Source: Elusimicrobiota bacterium (GTDB lineage Bacteria; Elusimicrobiota; Elusimicrobia; UBA1565; UBA9628). Taken from it: DNA of 64,000 nucleotides. The position numbers and the translations under genes are program-made. The notes below the pieces were generated by a model. That model was not told the origin of the DNA. It did not search any database and saw only the letters and a list, made by a program, of their open reading frames with translations. Where the stretch lies: contig JACQWX010000035.1 of NCBI GenBank assembly GCA_016209035.1, positions 45,565 through 109,564 of the forward strand, given 5' to 3'. How positions within the stretch are numbered: the first letter of the stretch is position 1; the number at the start of each line of letters is the position of its first letter. Positions 30,078-39,550 of this stretch are shown piece after piece.

Positions 30078-32501
30078 GTGCCGCCTTCCAAGGCCGGGTT
30101 TCTCGCCAGGGTCGTGGCTGGACTGGCCTTTTGCGCCCTGTCGTCCCTGACCCTCCCGGACGCGGCCCGCGCCCAATTCTGGTCCCAGGTCTCCACCGCG
30201 GGCTTCAACAGCGCGCAGAACAGGTACCTCACCCGGGGGACCACCGCCACCTTCAGCGGGACCACCTACATCGTGTTCGGCACCTCGAACCCCTACGCGG
30301 GAGCGCAGGTGTGGCGGTCCTCGACCACGACGGACTGGAACCAGGCCAACTCCTCGGGCTTCGACGTCAACGGCTCTTCGAACGAAGCGGTCTCCTGGAT
30401 GGCGTCCTTCTACAACGGCCTGTTGGCCGGCGTCTCCTCCCGGCAGGTCCCGACCGGCGCCGGGGCCAGGATCTACCGCAGCTCCACGAGCGCCGACACC
30501 TGGACCTTGGTGTTCTCGACGGCCACCGCCGCCAACTCGAACTTGAGCGGCGCGGAGAGCTTCGCGCTGTGGGGCTCGAAGATCTATGTCGGCTTCAAGA
30601 ACGCGACGTCCGGGGCGGAGATCTGGCGCTCCACCTCGGCATCGGCTCCCACCGACTGGGTCCAGGTCTCGACCAACGGCTTCGGCATCGGGACCGCCAA
30701 CGAGACCGTGACCTCCATCAGGGCCTTCGGCTCGGGGCTCTACGCCGCGACCGCGGGCAACACCACCCAGCGAGGACAGATTTGGCGCTCCGTGGACGGC
30801 CTCACGTGGAGCCAGATCCTCGTGGCCTCCAATACCTTCCAACTCAACACGCAGGGCATCACGGCCCTGGAATCCTTCAACGGCTACCTCTACGCCGGGA
30901 CGCGGCACGCCTCCGGGGCGCAACTCTGGCGGTCCGCCGACCCGACCGCGGGCGCGGGGTCCTGGACCCAGGTCACGAGCCCGGACGGTCTCGCCAACAC
31001 CCGGTTCTCGGTGGACAGGAGCTCCGAGATCCGCTCGCTTCTGGATGCGGGCGGGGTGCTCTGGATCGGCACCTGGGAACCGGGCCGCTACGCAGCCACC
31101 ACGGGCGGCCGCGTCTACCGCAGCACCGAGGGGACCACCTTCCCCCCCTCCGCCAGCAACGGCATCGGATTCGGCAGCCAGGACAGGGAGTGGATCGGCG
31201 GCTTCGTGTCGACCGGAGGCTACGTCTACGCCGGCACGAGGGACGAGGCGCTTGGAGGATCGGTCTGGCGCACGACGGGGACCCTGCCTGGCCAGCCGAC
31301 CCTCTCCGGAGCCGCCATGGGCGTCTCGAGCATCGCGTGGACCTGGTCCACGGTCAATGTCGCCAACGGCTACCGCGTCTACGACACGGCCTGGGTCAAC
31401 CTCGCCGGAGACCTCCAGCCCGACACGACCTATTCCTACGAGGCCGGCCTCACCATCAACACGGCCTACACCCGCTATCTCGCGGCCTTCAACGATCTCG
31501 GGGTCTCCACCTCCGCCGCCCTGACCCGCTTCGCCGCCTCGACCTCGCCGTATGGGACCGCTTTCCAAATGGTGGGCGGCTCCTCGGTCACGCTGACCTG
31601 GGAGAAGAACGGCAACCTGACAGGGACAACCTACTACGTCAGCTACTGGGTCACGGACGGCAGCCCGCTCACCACGAACGTCACCACCGAGACCGCGACC
31701 ATCACCCAGCTCAACGGCATGACCACCTACTACTTCAAGGTCCGTTCCGCCAACGGCGACGGAGCGTACAGCGGCTACGACGTCACGAAGACGACCTGCA
31801 CCAATCCGGTCACCTACGCCGACGCCACGGCGGACCCCAGCGCGGGAGTCGAGATCACCATCAACACGCCGGCAGGGCTCCTGTCGGTCGCCATACCGCC
31901 CGGGGCTTTCGAGAACGCCACGGCCGTCTCCGTCAGCGTCCCGGCGTCCTACCAGGCCGTGGCCGCCTCCGACTTCTCCTTGACCGCAACGGGCGTCGGC
32001 GTGGAGATCACCGTCGGCGGCGGGCTCCAGCCCTTGAAGCCGGTCCTCCTTTCCATCCCATTCAGGGACGCCGACGTCGCGGGCATGAACGCCGCGCGGC
32101 TCATCATCGCCCGCTACGACAGGGACCACCGCTCCTGGGTGCCGCTCAAGTCCTCGGCGGACAACAACCGGGTCTCCGCCCTCACCACCCATCTTTCCCA
32201 GTTCCAGGTCATGCAGTCGGTCCCGGCCGCGACGCTCGACAGCGTGAAGGTCTTCCCCAACCCCCTGCGCCCGACCGCGGGCCATGCCTCCATGACCTTC
32301 GTCAACCTGCCCGCGGATTCCGACATCCGCATCCACACCTTCAAGGGCTCCCTCGTGCGCAAGCTCAGGGCCGACAACGCCGGCATGGCCTCCTGGGACG
32401 GGATCAACTGGTTCGGCGTGCCCGCGGCGAGCGGAGTCTACCTTGCCTACATCCGGGGCAACGGCGCCACGCGCCTCGTCAAGGTGGCGATCCAGCGATG
32501 A
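30078..32501 (+). CDS. Exported beta-propeller/FN3 protein with C-terminal T9SS-CTD/FlgD-like sorting domain
   Basis: Repeated GAxhWRS..W blades and FN3-like YYFKVRSANG; C-terminus VKVFPNP...GSLVRKL...WDG...ASGVY...KVAIQR. Confidence 0.8.
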   Translation: MPPSKAGFLARVVAGLAFCALSSLTLPDAARAQFWSQVSTAGFNSAQNRYLTRGTTATFSGTTYIVFGTSNPYAGAQVWRSSTTTDWNQANSSGFDVNGSSNEAVSWMASFYNGLLAGVSSRQVPTGAGARIYRSSTSADTWTLVFSTATAANSNLSGAESFALWGSKIYVGFKNATSGAEIWRSTSASAPTDWVQVSTNGFGIGTANETVTSIRAFGSGLYAATAGNTTQRGQIWRSVDGLTWSQILVASNTFQLNTQGITALESFNGYLYAGTRHASGAQLWRSADPTAGAGSWTQVTSPDGLANTRFSVDRSSEIRSLLDAGGVLWIGTWEPGRYAATTGGRVYRSTEGTTFPPSASNGIGFGSQDREWIGGFVSTGGYVYAGTRDEALGGSVWRTTGTLPGQPTLSGAAMGVSSIAWTWSTVNVANGYRVYDTAWVNLAGDLQPDTTYSYEAGLTINTAYTRYLAAFNDLGVSTSAALTRFAASTSPYGTAFQMVGGSSVTLTWEKNGNLTGTTYYVSYWVTDGSPLTTNVTTETATITQLNGMTTYYFKVRSANGDGAYSGYDVTKTTCTNPVTYADATADPSAGVEITINTPAGLLSVAIPPGAFENATAVSVSVPASYQAVAASDFSLTATGVGVEITVGGGLQPLKPVLLSIPFRDADVAGMNAARLIIARYDRDHRSWVPLKSSADNNRVSALTTHLSQFQVMQSVPAATLDSVKVFPNPLRPTAGHASMTFVNLPADSDIRIHTFKGSLVRKLRADNAGMASWDGINWFGVPAASGVYLAYIRGNGATRLVKVAIQR

Positions 32502-33445
32502 GGACCCTCTGGGCCGGCGCGCTCCTGTGGGGCCTGCCCCTGTCGGCCGGCGCCGTCAACTTCGACCAGGGCGCCAAGGGCACGAACTCGGCCGGGTTCC
32601 TCGAGCTCGCGCCCGGCGCCAGGGCCGCGGCCCTGGGCGAGGCCTATGCCGCGGTCGCCGACGAGGCGAGCGCGCTCTACTGGAACCCGGCGGCGCTCAC
32701 CCGCATCCCGAAGCGCTCGGCCGCGCTCATGCACGCCGAGTACGTCGAAGACAGCTACTTCGACTACGCCGCCATCGCCGCCAACCTCGGCAAATGGGGC
32801 GTTATCGGGTCCGGGATGCAGTTCTTCTCGGCCGGCAAGCTCGCCCACACGGACGACGCCGGGGGGGCCCTGGGCACTTTGTATCCTTTCGGACTGGCCG
32901 TCTCCCTGGGCTACGCCTACAAGCTCGACGGCTTTGAAATCATGGAGGACTTCAACGGGGTCTCGGTGGGGTTCTCCGCCAAACTCGTGCGCGCCGAGAT
33001 CGCCGAGACGGACACCACTGGCGCCTTCGACATCGGCCTGCTGACCCCGGAGTACTTCGAGCGCCTGCGGTGCGCCTTCACCGTGGCCAACCTGGGCCGG
33101 GGGCTCCAGTTCGAGGATGAGTTCGCGCCGCTGCCCACCGCCTTTCGCTTGGGCAGCGTGGTGAAGCTGAGGCCTGGCTGGATCGCGTCCGCGGACATCG
33201 TGTTCCCGCGGAACAACCGGGTCTACCCCACCGTGGGGACGGAGTACCTGTGGCCGGCCGGCAAGGACATGACGCTGGCGGCCCGGGCCGGCTTCAACGC
33301 CAACACGGTCGGAGACATCCAAGGCTTCTCCGGAGCCTCCTTCGGCGCGGGCGTGACCTACATGGGCATGTCCGTGGATTACGGCTTCCTGCCTCTGGGC
33401 GGCCTGGGACAAGCCCACCGGGTCTCCCTGTCCTTCGGCTTCTAG
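32498..33445 (+). CDS. PorV/PorQ family outer-membrane beta-barrel
   Basis: FLELAPGARAAALGEAY..ADEASALYWNPAAL; C-terminal HRVSLSFGF. The ATG overlaps the upstream stop. Confidence 0.85.
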   Translation: MRTLWAGALLWGLPLSAGAVNFDQGAKGTNSAGFLELAPGARAAALGEAYAAVADEASALYWNPAALTRIPKRSAALMHAEYVEDSYFDYAAIAANLGKWGVIGSGMQFFSAGKLAHTDDAGGALGTLYPFGLAVSLGYAYKLDGFEIMEDFNGVSVGFSAKLVRAEIAETDTTGAFDIGLLTPEYFERLRCAFTVANLGRGLQFEDEFAPLPTAFRLGSVVKLRPGWIASADIVFPRNNRVYPTVGTEYLWPAGKDMTLAARAGFNANTVGDIQGFSGASFGAGVTYMGMSVDYGFLPLGGLGQAHRVSLSFGF

Positions 33446-33449
33446 GCCC

Positions 33450-33500
33450 AGGCGCCAGGCTTCGAGTCGGGCGACTCGCCCTGGGCCAAGCCTGGCGCCT
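33450..33500. repeat. 51-bp REPIN-like element (13-bp inverted repeats, 25-nt spacer)
   Basis: AGGCGCCAGGCTT at 33450-33462 and AAGCCTGGCGCCT at 33488-33500; a second copy lies at 55202-55252. Confidence 0.7.
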
Positions 33501-33515
33501 CTCTAGCGCTTCGCG

Positions 33516-34358
33516 CTAGAGATCGATGACGAGGCCGGCCCGGCCCATGTCCACTTCCAGGCCGTTGCCCGCTTTGGCGGCCATCCTGCGCGCATCGTCG
33601 AGCATGGCGTCCACGGCCTCGTCCGAGCGGTCCTGGTTGAGGTGCCACAGGACCAGGTGCTTGACCCCGGCTTCGACGGCCAGGCGCACCGCGTCCAGGA
33701 ACATGGAGTGGCCCCAGCCTCGGGTGCACTTCTCGTACTCCTTGGGCAGGAACTCGCCGTCGTGGATGAGGACGTCGACGCCCCGCAGGAACTTGGCGTA
33801 GTCCTTGAAGTCCTTCCCGCCCGGATGGCGGTAGGCGAGCTCGTTGTCCGGGAAGAAGGCGAACTTCTTCCTCCCCTCGTTGATGATGAACCCGTAGCCG
33901 TTGTTGGGGTGCGAGAGCGGGAGGCTCTTCACGCGCAACCCCGCCACGTCGAAATCCTCCGGGCACTCCTCCTTGAACACCAGGTTCGCGGCGACCTCCT
34001 GGAGGTCCACCGGGAAGAAGGGAGCGCGCATGGTCTTCTGGAGGAAGACCTTGACCGACTGCTGGGCGTGCGTGCACCCGGTGAACAGCAGGGTGGAGTC
34101 CTTCCGGTAGAGAGGCTTGAAGAACGGGAAGCCCAGGAGATGGTCCCAATGCGCGTGGCTGAGCATGATGTGGAAATCGCGCTGCTTCCCGGCCAGGGCC
34201 TTGTTGCCCAGAGGCCGGATGCCGTTGCCGCCGTCCAGGATGATGGTGTCGCCTTTGGCGGTCTCGACCTCGACGCAGGTCGTGTCCCCGCCGTACCTGA
34301 CGTATTCCGGACCCGAGACCGGGACCGAACCGCGCGCTCCCCACACCGTGATCCTCAT
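33516..34358 (-). CDS. MBL-fold metallo-hydrolase
   Basis: WGARGS.P, YGGDTTC, SHAHWDHLLG, GWGHS and LWHLN. Confidence 0.9.
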   Translation of the reverse strand: MRITVWGARGSVPVSGPEYVRYGGDTTCVEVETAKGDTIILDGGNGIRPLGNKALAGKQRDFHIMLSHAHWDHLLGFPFFKPLYRKDSTLLFTGCTHAQQSVKVFLQKTMRAPFFPVDLQEVAANLVFKEECPEDFDVAGLRVKSLPLSHPNNGYGFIINEGRKKFAFFPDNELAYRHPGGKDFKDYAKFLRGVDVLIHDGEFLPKEYEKCTRGWGHSMFLDAVRLAVEAGVKHLVLWHLNQDRSDEAVDAMLDDARRMAAKAGNGLEVDMGRAGLVIDL

Positions 34359-34397
34359 CTGGATTCCTTTTTATGAAATCGGCGGCGTCGTGTCAAA

Positions 34398-35705
34398 CTA
34401 GAGCTCCGTCGCCCAGCCCTGGCCCTTGAGCCTCGCCCCTGCCTCCACCGCCTTCAGGAACACGGAGCGCAGGGCATCGCTCATCAGGGCGCGCTTCACC
34501 GGCGAAAGCCCCAGGAAGGCGCCGACCGCTGCGCGCATGAAATCCTGGCCGATGTTCCCGGGCTCGGCGAAGAGCTGGTTCTGGAGGGTCCCCCTCTCCA
34601 GGCAGCCCAGGATGATCTTTCGGAAGGTGGTCTCGGGATGGATGACCCTTTTTCCGCGGCGAGCGAGGCTCGCCGCGCAATCCCGGCACTTCATGACGCA
34701 GACTCCGCACCCGAGGCAGGTCGTCTGGTCCACTTCCGCGACAAGGGCCTCCCTCTCAACCGCCGGCCTCGGAGCGAGGCTCATGGCCGAGATCGGGCAC
34801 GCCGAGACGCACGCGCCGCATCCGGAGCACCTGTCCTCAGCCACCTCGCAGATGAAGCTCGACGACATGACCGCGTTGGGGTAGCCGTGCTTGGCTATGC
34901 CGCGCAGAGCCATGCAGCAGCACTTGCAGCAATGGCAGATGAAGGTGACGTTCCTCCTGACGTTGTCCGCGTTGAGCACCAAGCCCAGGTCCCGGGACCG
35001 GGCCAAGGCGTCGCGCACCTCACGCTTGGAGGCTTCCCTGGCCAAGCCCCGCCGGATGAGGAAATCGGCCGCGTAGCCGAAAGAGGTGCACACCCCCGGC
35101 GGCACGGAGCAGGGCTTAAGCCCCAGGTGCCGGGCCTTGTGCCTGCAGGCGCACGCGCCCATGGCGGCCTTGTCGGCCGCCGAGACGATGGCAGAGGCCT
35201 TCTCGTAGTCGAGCACCTCCATGCCGACCTCGGGCCGGAAGGCCTCTTCGTGAGGCAGAGCCCGCATCACGGAGACCTTCTCTCCGGCGCCGAAATTCGC
35301 CTGGTAGAATCCGCCGCCCTCCTCGATGTAGTCGTGGAAGAGCCGGGACAGCCTCTTGACGTCCGCCACGCCGGAGCGCATCATGGTGAACTCGAAGAAG
35401 CCGATGACCATGGGCGCGGGCATGAAGTAGGACTCCCCATCGAGGCAGAGGTCCACCACCAGGCCTTTGGCCGCCATGCCTTCGAGGAGCGTCCTGAGAC
35501 GGGCATCCGGAAGCCCCGCAGCCTCCACGAGACGCCCGATGGTCGACGCGCCGGCAGGCATGCGCACCAGGAGGTCGGCCTCCTCCTCGGAGTAGAGCCC
35601 CTTGAGGATCTCCCTCAAGGTCTCGTTCCACGGCGCCCTGCAGCTCAAGCCGTCGACCTTCTCGCCCAGCCGCCGATAGAGGTCCTTGCCTGCCGCGTGA
35701 CCCAT
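34398..35705 (-). CDS. 4Fe-4S dicluster domain protein
   Basis: CACRH, ICHCCKCCC, CSGCGACVSACP and CLGCGVCVMKC. Confidence 0.88.
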   Translation of the reverse strand: MGHAAGKDLYRRLGEKVDGLSCRAPWNETLREILKGLYSEEEADLLVRMPAGASTIGRLVEAAGLPDARLRTLLEGMAAKGLVVDLCLDGESYFMPAPMVIGFFEFTMMRSGVADVKRLSRLFHDYIEEGGGFYQANFGAGEKVSVMRALPHEEAFRPEVGMEVLDYEKASAIVSAADKAAMGACACRHKARHLGLKPCSVPPGVCTSFGYAADFLIRRGLAREASKREVRDALARSRDLGLVLNADNVRRNVTFICHCCKCCCMALRGIAKHGYPNAVMSSSFICEVAEDRCSGCGACVSACPISAMSLAPRPAVEREALVAEVDQTTCLGCGVCVMKCRDCAASLARRGKRVIHPETTFRKIILGCLERGTLQNQLFAEPGNIGQDFMRAAVGAFLGLSPVKRALMSDALRSVFLKAVEAGARLKGQGWATEL

Positions 35706-35706
35706 G

Positions 35707-36366
35707 TCAGTATCCCGGGTCCTTCACCGCGGGCATGCTCATCTTCCCTCCTCCCGGGGCGGGCTTGAGCGGCAAGGCGTCTCCGACGGGAAGCGGGAGC
35801 CTCCCTTCATCCTCCTGGGCGGGGGACTCAGAGGCCCGGCCCCGCTCCCGGCCGAGGAGGGCAGGAGCATGCGGGTCGAACCTTTCGACAGGCGCCTTGA
35901 CGCGTCCCGAAAGCCGCGACTCGACGCGGGTCGTGCCTCCGTAAGGCGCGTCCGGGGAGCCGAGGAAGACCAGCACCAGGGCCTCGGGCTCCACCCGCAG
36001 GACCCTCGCGACCGCGGTCATCGTGCCCCTTCCCCCGGTCTGCGGGACCTGCTCCTCGTTGGTCCAGACGATCCTCTGCGAGCAGTTCCCAGCGGCGCAG
36101 GTCATCCCCCGGACCGGCCGGGCGACCTCCCAGACCACGATCTTGCCCGGGCACCGTTCCGGCTCGGTCCGGCACTCCCGCCAGCTCACCTCCTCGGCTT
36201 GGCGCTGCCACACCCTCAGGTAGCGCTGTTCGGAGCGCTCCTCCCAGAATGCCTCCACGACGGCGCCCGGGTCCCACCAAGCGATCACGAGGAGCACGGC
36301 GCAGACGCCGGCGAAGCAGGCCAGGAAGATGCGAGCCGCCCTGACGCGCAAGGGAAGCGCTCTCAT
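35707..36366 (-). CDS. Hypothetical membrane-anchored protein
   Basis: N-terminal TM segment; TGcTATGAT lies 7 nt upstream of the ATG. Confidence 0.5.
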   Translation of the reverse strand: MRALPLRVRAARIFLACFAGVCAVLLVIAWWDPGAVVEAFWEERSEQRYLRVWQRQAEEVSWRECRTEPERCPGKIVVWEVARPVRGMTCAAGNCSQRIVWTNEEQVPQTGGRGTMTAVARVLRVEPEALVLVFLGSPDAPYGGTTRVESRLSGRVKAPVERFDPHAPALLGRERGRASESPAQEDEGRLPLPVGDALPLKPAPGGGKMSMPAVKDPGY

Positions 36367-36391
36367 GCAGAGTATCATAGCATCCCGATGA

Positions 36392-37052
36392 GAGCCCCTC
36401 CACTTCTTCGAGGTGGACGCCTTCATGTCCGCTCAAAGGAGCGCCGACGCCATCATGCTCCTGCCCATGGGAGAGTATCCCGAGGTCCTGCCGCACTACC
36501 GCAGGCTCCTGACGGCCAACGCCGATTTCGTCCGGCGCATGGCGCCTGACAAGCCTCTCGAGCCCGCGGCCGGCATCCACATCGTCATCGAGGACAAGGT
36601 GCCAGGCCCCGGGTCGAGCCAGCGCATAGGCCCGCTACCCCGAGGCCTGCGCCGTCTCCACCGACTCGGCCGGACGGCGCGAGCCGGTCGCCATCCCCGA
36701 GTCCGTGGCCGCGGGATTCCCGGAGGCGATGCTGACCGTGCCCGCCTCGCGGGGCTCCTACCAGACCACGGTCCTTTCAGCCGGCGAGAAACGCCTGGGC
36801 GAGGCTGCCTGGCTCCTCGCCCGCTTGTGGGCATCGGCGTTCGCCGAGGCTGGGAGCCCCAAGAACCTGACCCGGCGGTTCGTGAAGCTCGAGGACATCC
36901 GCGTCAAGGACGACTACCCGGCCCCGGACTACCTGACCGAACGGGCCTCCACCAAGACCGCTGAGCCCAAGTCCATGGCGGTCGAGCCCATCACCCCGGT
37001 CTCGGGCGCGGTGGAGATCACCCCTGCCGGCGTCCTGCCCGTCAAGCACTGA
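36392..37052 (+). pseudogene. Two unrelated start-less gene fragments joined near a REP-like motif
   Basis: Coding-like GC3 usage in EPLHFFEVDAFMSAQ...IVIEDK, and in a different frame ...EKRLGEAAWLLARLWASAFAEAGSP...PVKH*. AGGTGCCAGGC at 36597. Confidence 0.4.
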
Positions 37053-37094
37053 AACCGGTTGCGCCGGGGGCAGGCCAACATGTATAAAGTGGCC

Positions 37095-37691
37095 ATGGAA
37101 TGCCCCAAGTGCAAGGCCCAGAACGCCGACAACGCCGTCTTCTGCTCGCTGTGCTTCGAGAACTTCAAGCCCAAGCCGAAGAGCGCGACCTCCGCCGCCA
37201 GGCTGCTGGCCTTCCCTGAGGTGACCTCCACCCACGAACGCTGGATCGTCAAAGGCCCTCTAGTCATCGCCGAGAACGGCCTCCATTTCTTCGTCAAGGA
37301 ATTGACCTACGTTGAGGGGGAGACGGGCGAGAACATCGGCAGGAAGCTCGGAGGCGAGCTCGGGGTCCTGGGAACCTTCGTCGGGTCCGTGGCCGGGTCC
37401 CTGGTGGACGGCGCCATCAACGAGCACCCCGGCAAGCCCGAGAAACTCTTCTTCTTCCCCACCCCCGCGGTCATGGAGCAGTTCCGGGGCGTCCTCCAAG
37501 ACGCCCCCGCCATCCCCGACTGCGCGGAGTACTACCTCGTGAAGAAGGAGGAAATCCTCGAGATCTCCTTCGGCATGCTGGGCGGCATGACGGTCAAGTC
37601 GAAGTTCGTGGTGCTCGAGGTGGCCGGCCCGGAGCCCGAGGAGAAGGTGTCGGGCTTCCTGGCCTTCCGGGGCTACCGCGTCAAGCACTAG
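37095..37691 (+). CDS. Zinc-ribbon domain protein
   Basis: MECPKCKAQNADNAVFCSLC; Gly-rich hydrophobic segment. Confidence 0.75.
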   Translation: MECPKCKAQNADNAVFCSLCFENFKPKPKSATSAARLLAFPEVTSTHERWIVKGPLVIAENGLHFFVKELTYVEGETGENIGRKLGGELGVLGTFVGSVAGSLVDGAINEHPGKPEKLFFFPTPAVMEQFRGVLQDAPAIPDCAEYYLVKKEEILEISFGMLGGMTVKSKFVVLEVAGPEPEEKVSGFLAFRGYRVKH

Positions 37692-37765
37692 AGCCCCGCG
37701 GCACGCGGCCCCTGCACGAATCGTCGGGGATTGTCCCCTCCGCCCCATTTATGCTATCTTAGCCT

Positions 37766-37842
37766 TGCGGGGTGGAGCAGCCCGGTAGCTCGCAAGGCTC
37801 ATAACCTTGAGGTCGCTGGTTCAAATCCAGCCCCCGCAACCA
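37766..37842 (+). tRNA. Initiator tRNA-fMet (CAT), CCA encoded
   Basis: TGCGGGG...CAAGG-CTCATAA-CCTTG...TTCAAAT...CCCCGCAACCA; A11:U24 pair; closely resembles bacterial tRNA-fMet. TGcTATCTT lies upstream. Confidence 0.97.
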
Positions 37843-37866
37843 TTTCCCAACGGAGAAGTGCACTAA

Positions 37867-37893
37867 CCCGGGCCTAAAAAGCCCGGGGTTTTT
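37867..37893 (+). terminator. Intrinsic terminator after tRNA
   Basis: CCCGGGC/GCCCGGG stem followed by TTTTT. Confidence 0.75.
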
Positions 37894-37940
37894 GTCGTCC
37901 AAAACCCGTGCAATGCCTCAAGGTTAGTGGAGGATCGGGA

Positions 37941-38195
37941 ATGGACAAAATCTCCGCCTTCGCCCCCGCCGCTGCCGGCCGAGTGCCCTTTTGCCAGGCC
38001 TCGGAGACGTTTCGCCTCCACTGCAAGGCGCAGAACCTGACGCCGCTCACCCGCGACTGGTACGAGTGGCGGCTCAAGGGAATTGCCCCGCAGCATCGAT
38101 TCGGAGACTCTTTGGATCACGGGCACATACCGCAGCAACACTGTCATTGCCCAGCGACATCTCACTTCAAAGCCATAGAGATTGACTATCTCTAA
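37941..38195 (+). pseudogene. Remnant N-terminus of a tyrosine recombinase/integrase
   Basis: GGAGG SD; FRLHCKAQNLTPLTRDWYEWRL resembles the integrase SAM-like N-terminal domain. It lies directly after the tRNA and degenerates after ~47 codons. Confidence 0.55.
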
Positions 38196-38216
38196 TTTAC
38201 AACCTATAATAGAGCC

Positions 38217-39410
38217 ATGTACTCTAGATGCATAGACCTGCCCAAGCGCAATAGCTTCTTTCTCTTCGGCCCCCGGCTGACCGGCAAGAGTACGCTCTTG
38301 CGCCGAGCTTTCGCGGATGAAGATGTTTTTTTTCTGGACTTGATCCATCCATCCGTTCATCAAAAGTACCTCGCCGAGCCGGCGGCGCTCCTGCGCGAGA
38401 TCGAAGCCGCCAAGGGGAAGTACAAGCGGGTGGTGCTTGACGAGATACAGCGCGTCCCCGCGCTCCTGGATGCGGTGCACCATCTCATGGAATCCCCTTC
38501 GGGACGCCATCTCCAGTTCATCATGAGCGGGTCGAGCGCCAGGAAACTCAAGCGCTCCAAGGCCAACCTCTTGGGCGGTCGCGCGTGGTCTTTGGAGCTT
38601 TTCCCCCTCACCCACGAGGAACTTGGCGATGACTTCGTCCTGGAAAAGGCCCTCGCCTTCGGGACCCTGCCCAGGATCTATGCCGCGCAGGGGACAGAGG
38701 CGGAGGAAGACCTGCGGGCTTACGTGGGAACCTATCTGACCGAGGAGATCAAGGCGGAAGCCCTGACCCGCAATCTCGGAGCCTTCATCCGCTTCTTGCC
38801 GATGGCCGCGGCCGAGAGCGGACACACCATCAACGCCTCCAATATCGGCCGGGAAGTGGGAATCAGCTACAAGACAGTCCAGGAATACTTTCAAATCCTG
38901 GAGGATACCCTCCTGGGATTCTGGCTTGAGCCGTTCGCCAAGACCGTGCGAAGACGGATGGCCAAGCAGCCCAAGTTCTACTTCTTCGACACGGGAGTGC
39001 TTCGGGCTCTCAAGAAAACCCTGAAGGTTCCGCTGGAGCGCTCCAGCCCGGAGTTCGGCGACCTTTTCGAGAACTTCTTCATCAACGAAGTCAGGCGCCT
39101 CAATTCCTATCGCCGCCTCGATCAGACTCTCAGTTTTTACCGAACGGAGGCCGGAGCCGAGGTGGACCTGGTCGCGCAGCGACCGGGGAAGTCCTGGCTG
39201 GCCATGGAAATCAAAGCCACGGAGCGCCCCTCGTCATCCCATTGCTCCGGTCTTTTGTCCTTTGCCGACATCATGCCCGGGGCGGAACTCTTCCTGGTTT
39301 GCAGAACGGACCAGCCGCAGCTTTTCCGATTCGGAAAGCGCACGGTACGCGCCTTGCCGTGGCTGGATTGCCTCAAGATGCTCTCAGGCCCCGCGCAAAA
39401 ATCATCTTGA
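38217..39410 (+). CDS. AAA_14 ATPase with DUF4143 domain
   Basis: GPRLTGKST, VLDEIQRVP, SGSSARKL..NLLGGRA, KFYFFDTG, FENF and EVDLV..MEIK. Promoter TTGACT-N17-TATAAT lies 6 nt upstream. Confidence 0.92.
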   Translation: MYSRCIDLPKRNSFFLFGPRLTGKSTLLRRAFADEDVFFLDLIHPSVHQKYLAEPAALLREIEAAKGKYKRVVLDEIQRVPALLDAVHHLMESPSGRHLQFIMSGSSARKLKRSKANLLGGRAWSLELFPLTHEELGDDFVLEKALAFGTLPRIYAAQGTEAEEDLRAYVGTYLTEEIKAEALTRNLGAFIRFLPMAAAESGHTINASNIGREVGISYKTVQEYFQILEDTLLGFWLEPFAKTVRRRMAKQPKFYFFDTGVLRALKKTLKVPLERSSPEFGDLFENFFINEVRRLNSYRRLDQTLSFYRTEAGAEVDLVAQRPGKSWLAMEIKATERPSSSHCSGLLSFADIMPGAELFLVCRTDQPQLFRFGKRTVRALPWLDCLKMLSGPAQKSS

Positions 39411-39434
39411 CATCCGGCGCTCCTCTGCTATAAT
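39407..39434 (+). promoter_or_regulatory. Sigma70-type promoter TTGACA-N16-TATAAT with extended -10 TG
   Basis: TTGACA at 39407-39412, TGC, then TATAAT at 39429-39434. Confidence 0.75.
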
Positions 39435-39439
39435 TTCTT

Positions 39440-39504
39440 AGGCTCCAAGGTTAGCTGCACATCCTTGGGCAATACCGGCCCGCCGAGAGGCGGGTTTCGT
39501 GTTT
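39440..39504 (+). ncRNA. Putative ~65-nt small RNA (hairpin plus terminator)
   Basis: Follows a consensus promoter; CCAAGG/CCTTGG hairpin, then GCCCGCC-GAGA-GGCGGGT-TTCGTGTTT; no ORF. Confidence 0.5.
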
Positions 39505-39511
39505 AATGGCC

Positions 39512-39539
39512 TTGACAAATCATAACAATCTGTTATACT
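39512..39539 (+). promoter_or_regulatory. higBA promoter with overlapping palindromic operator
   Basis: TTGACA-N16-TATACT; ATAACA-atc-TGTTAT palindrome at 39522-39536. Confidence 0.75.
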
Positions 39540-39550
39540 CTTAAAGAAGC

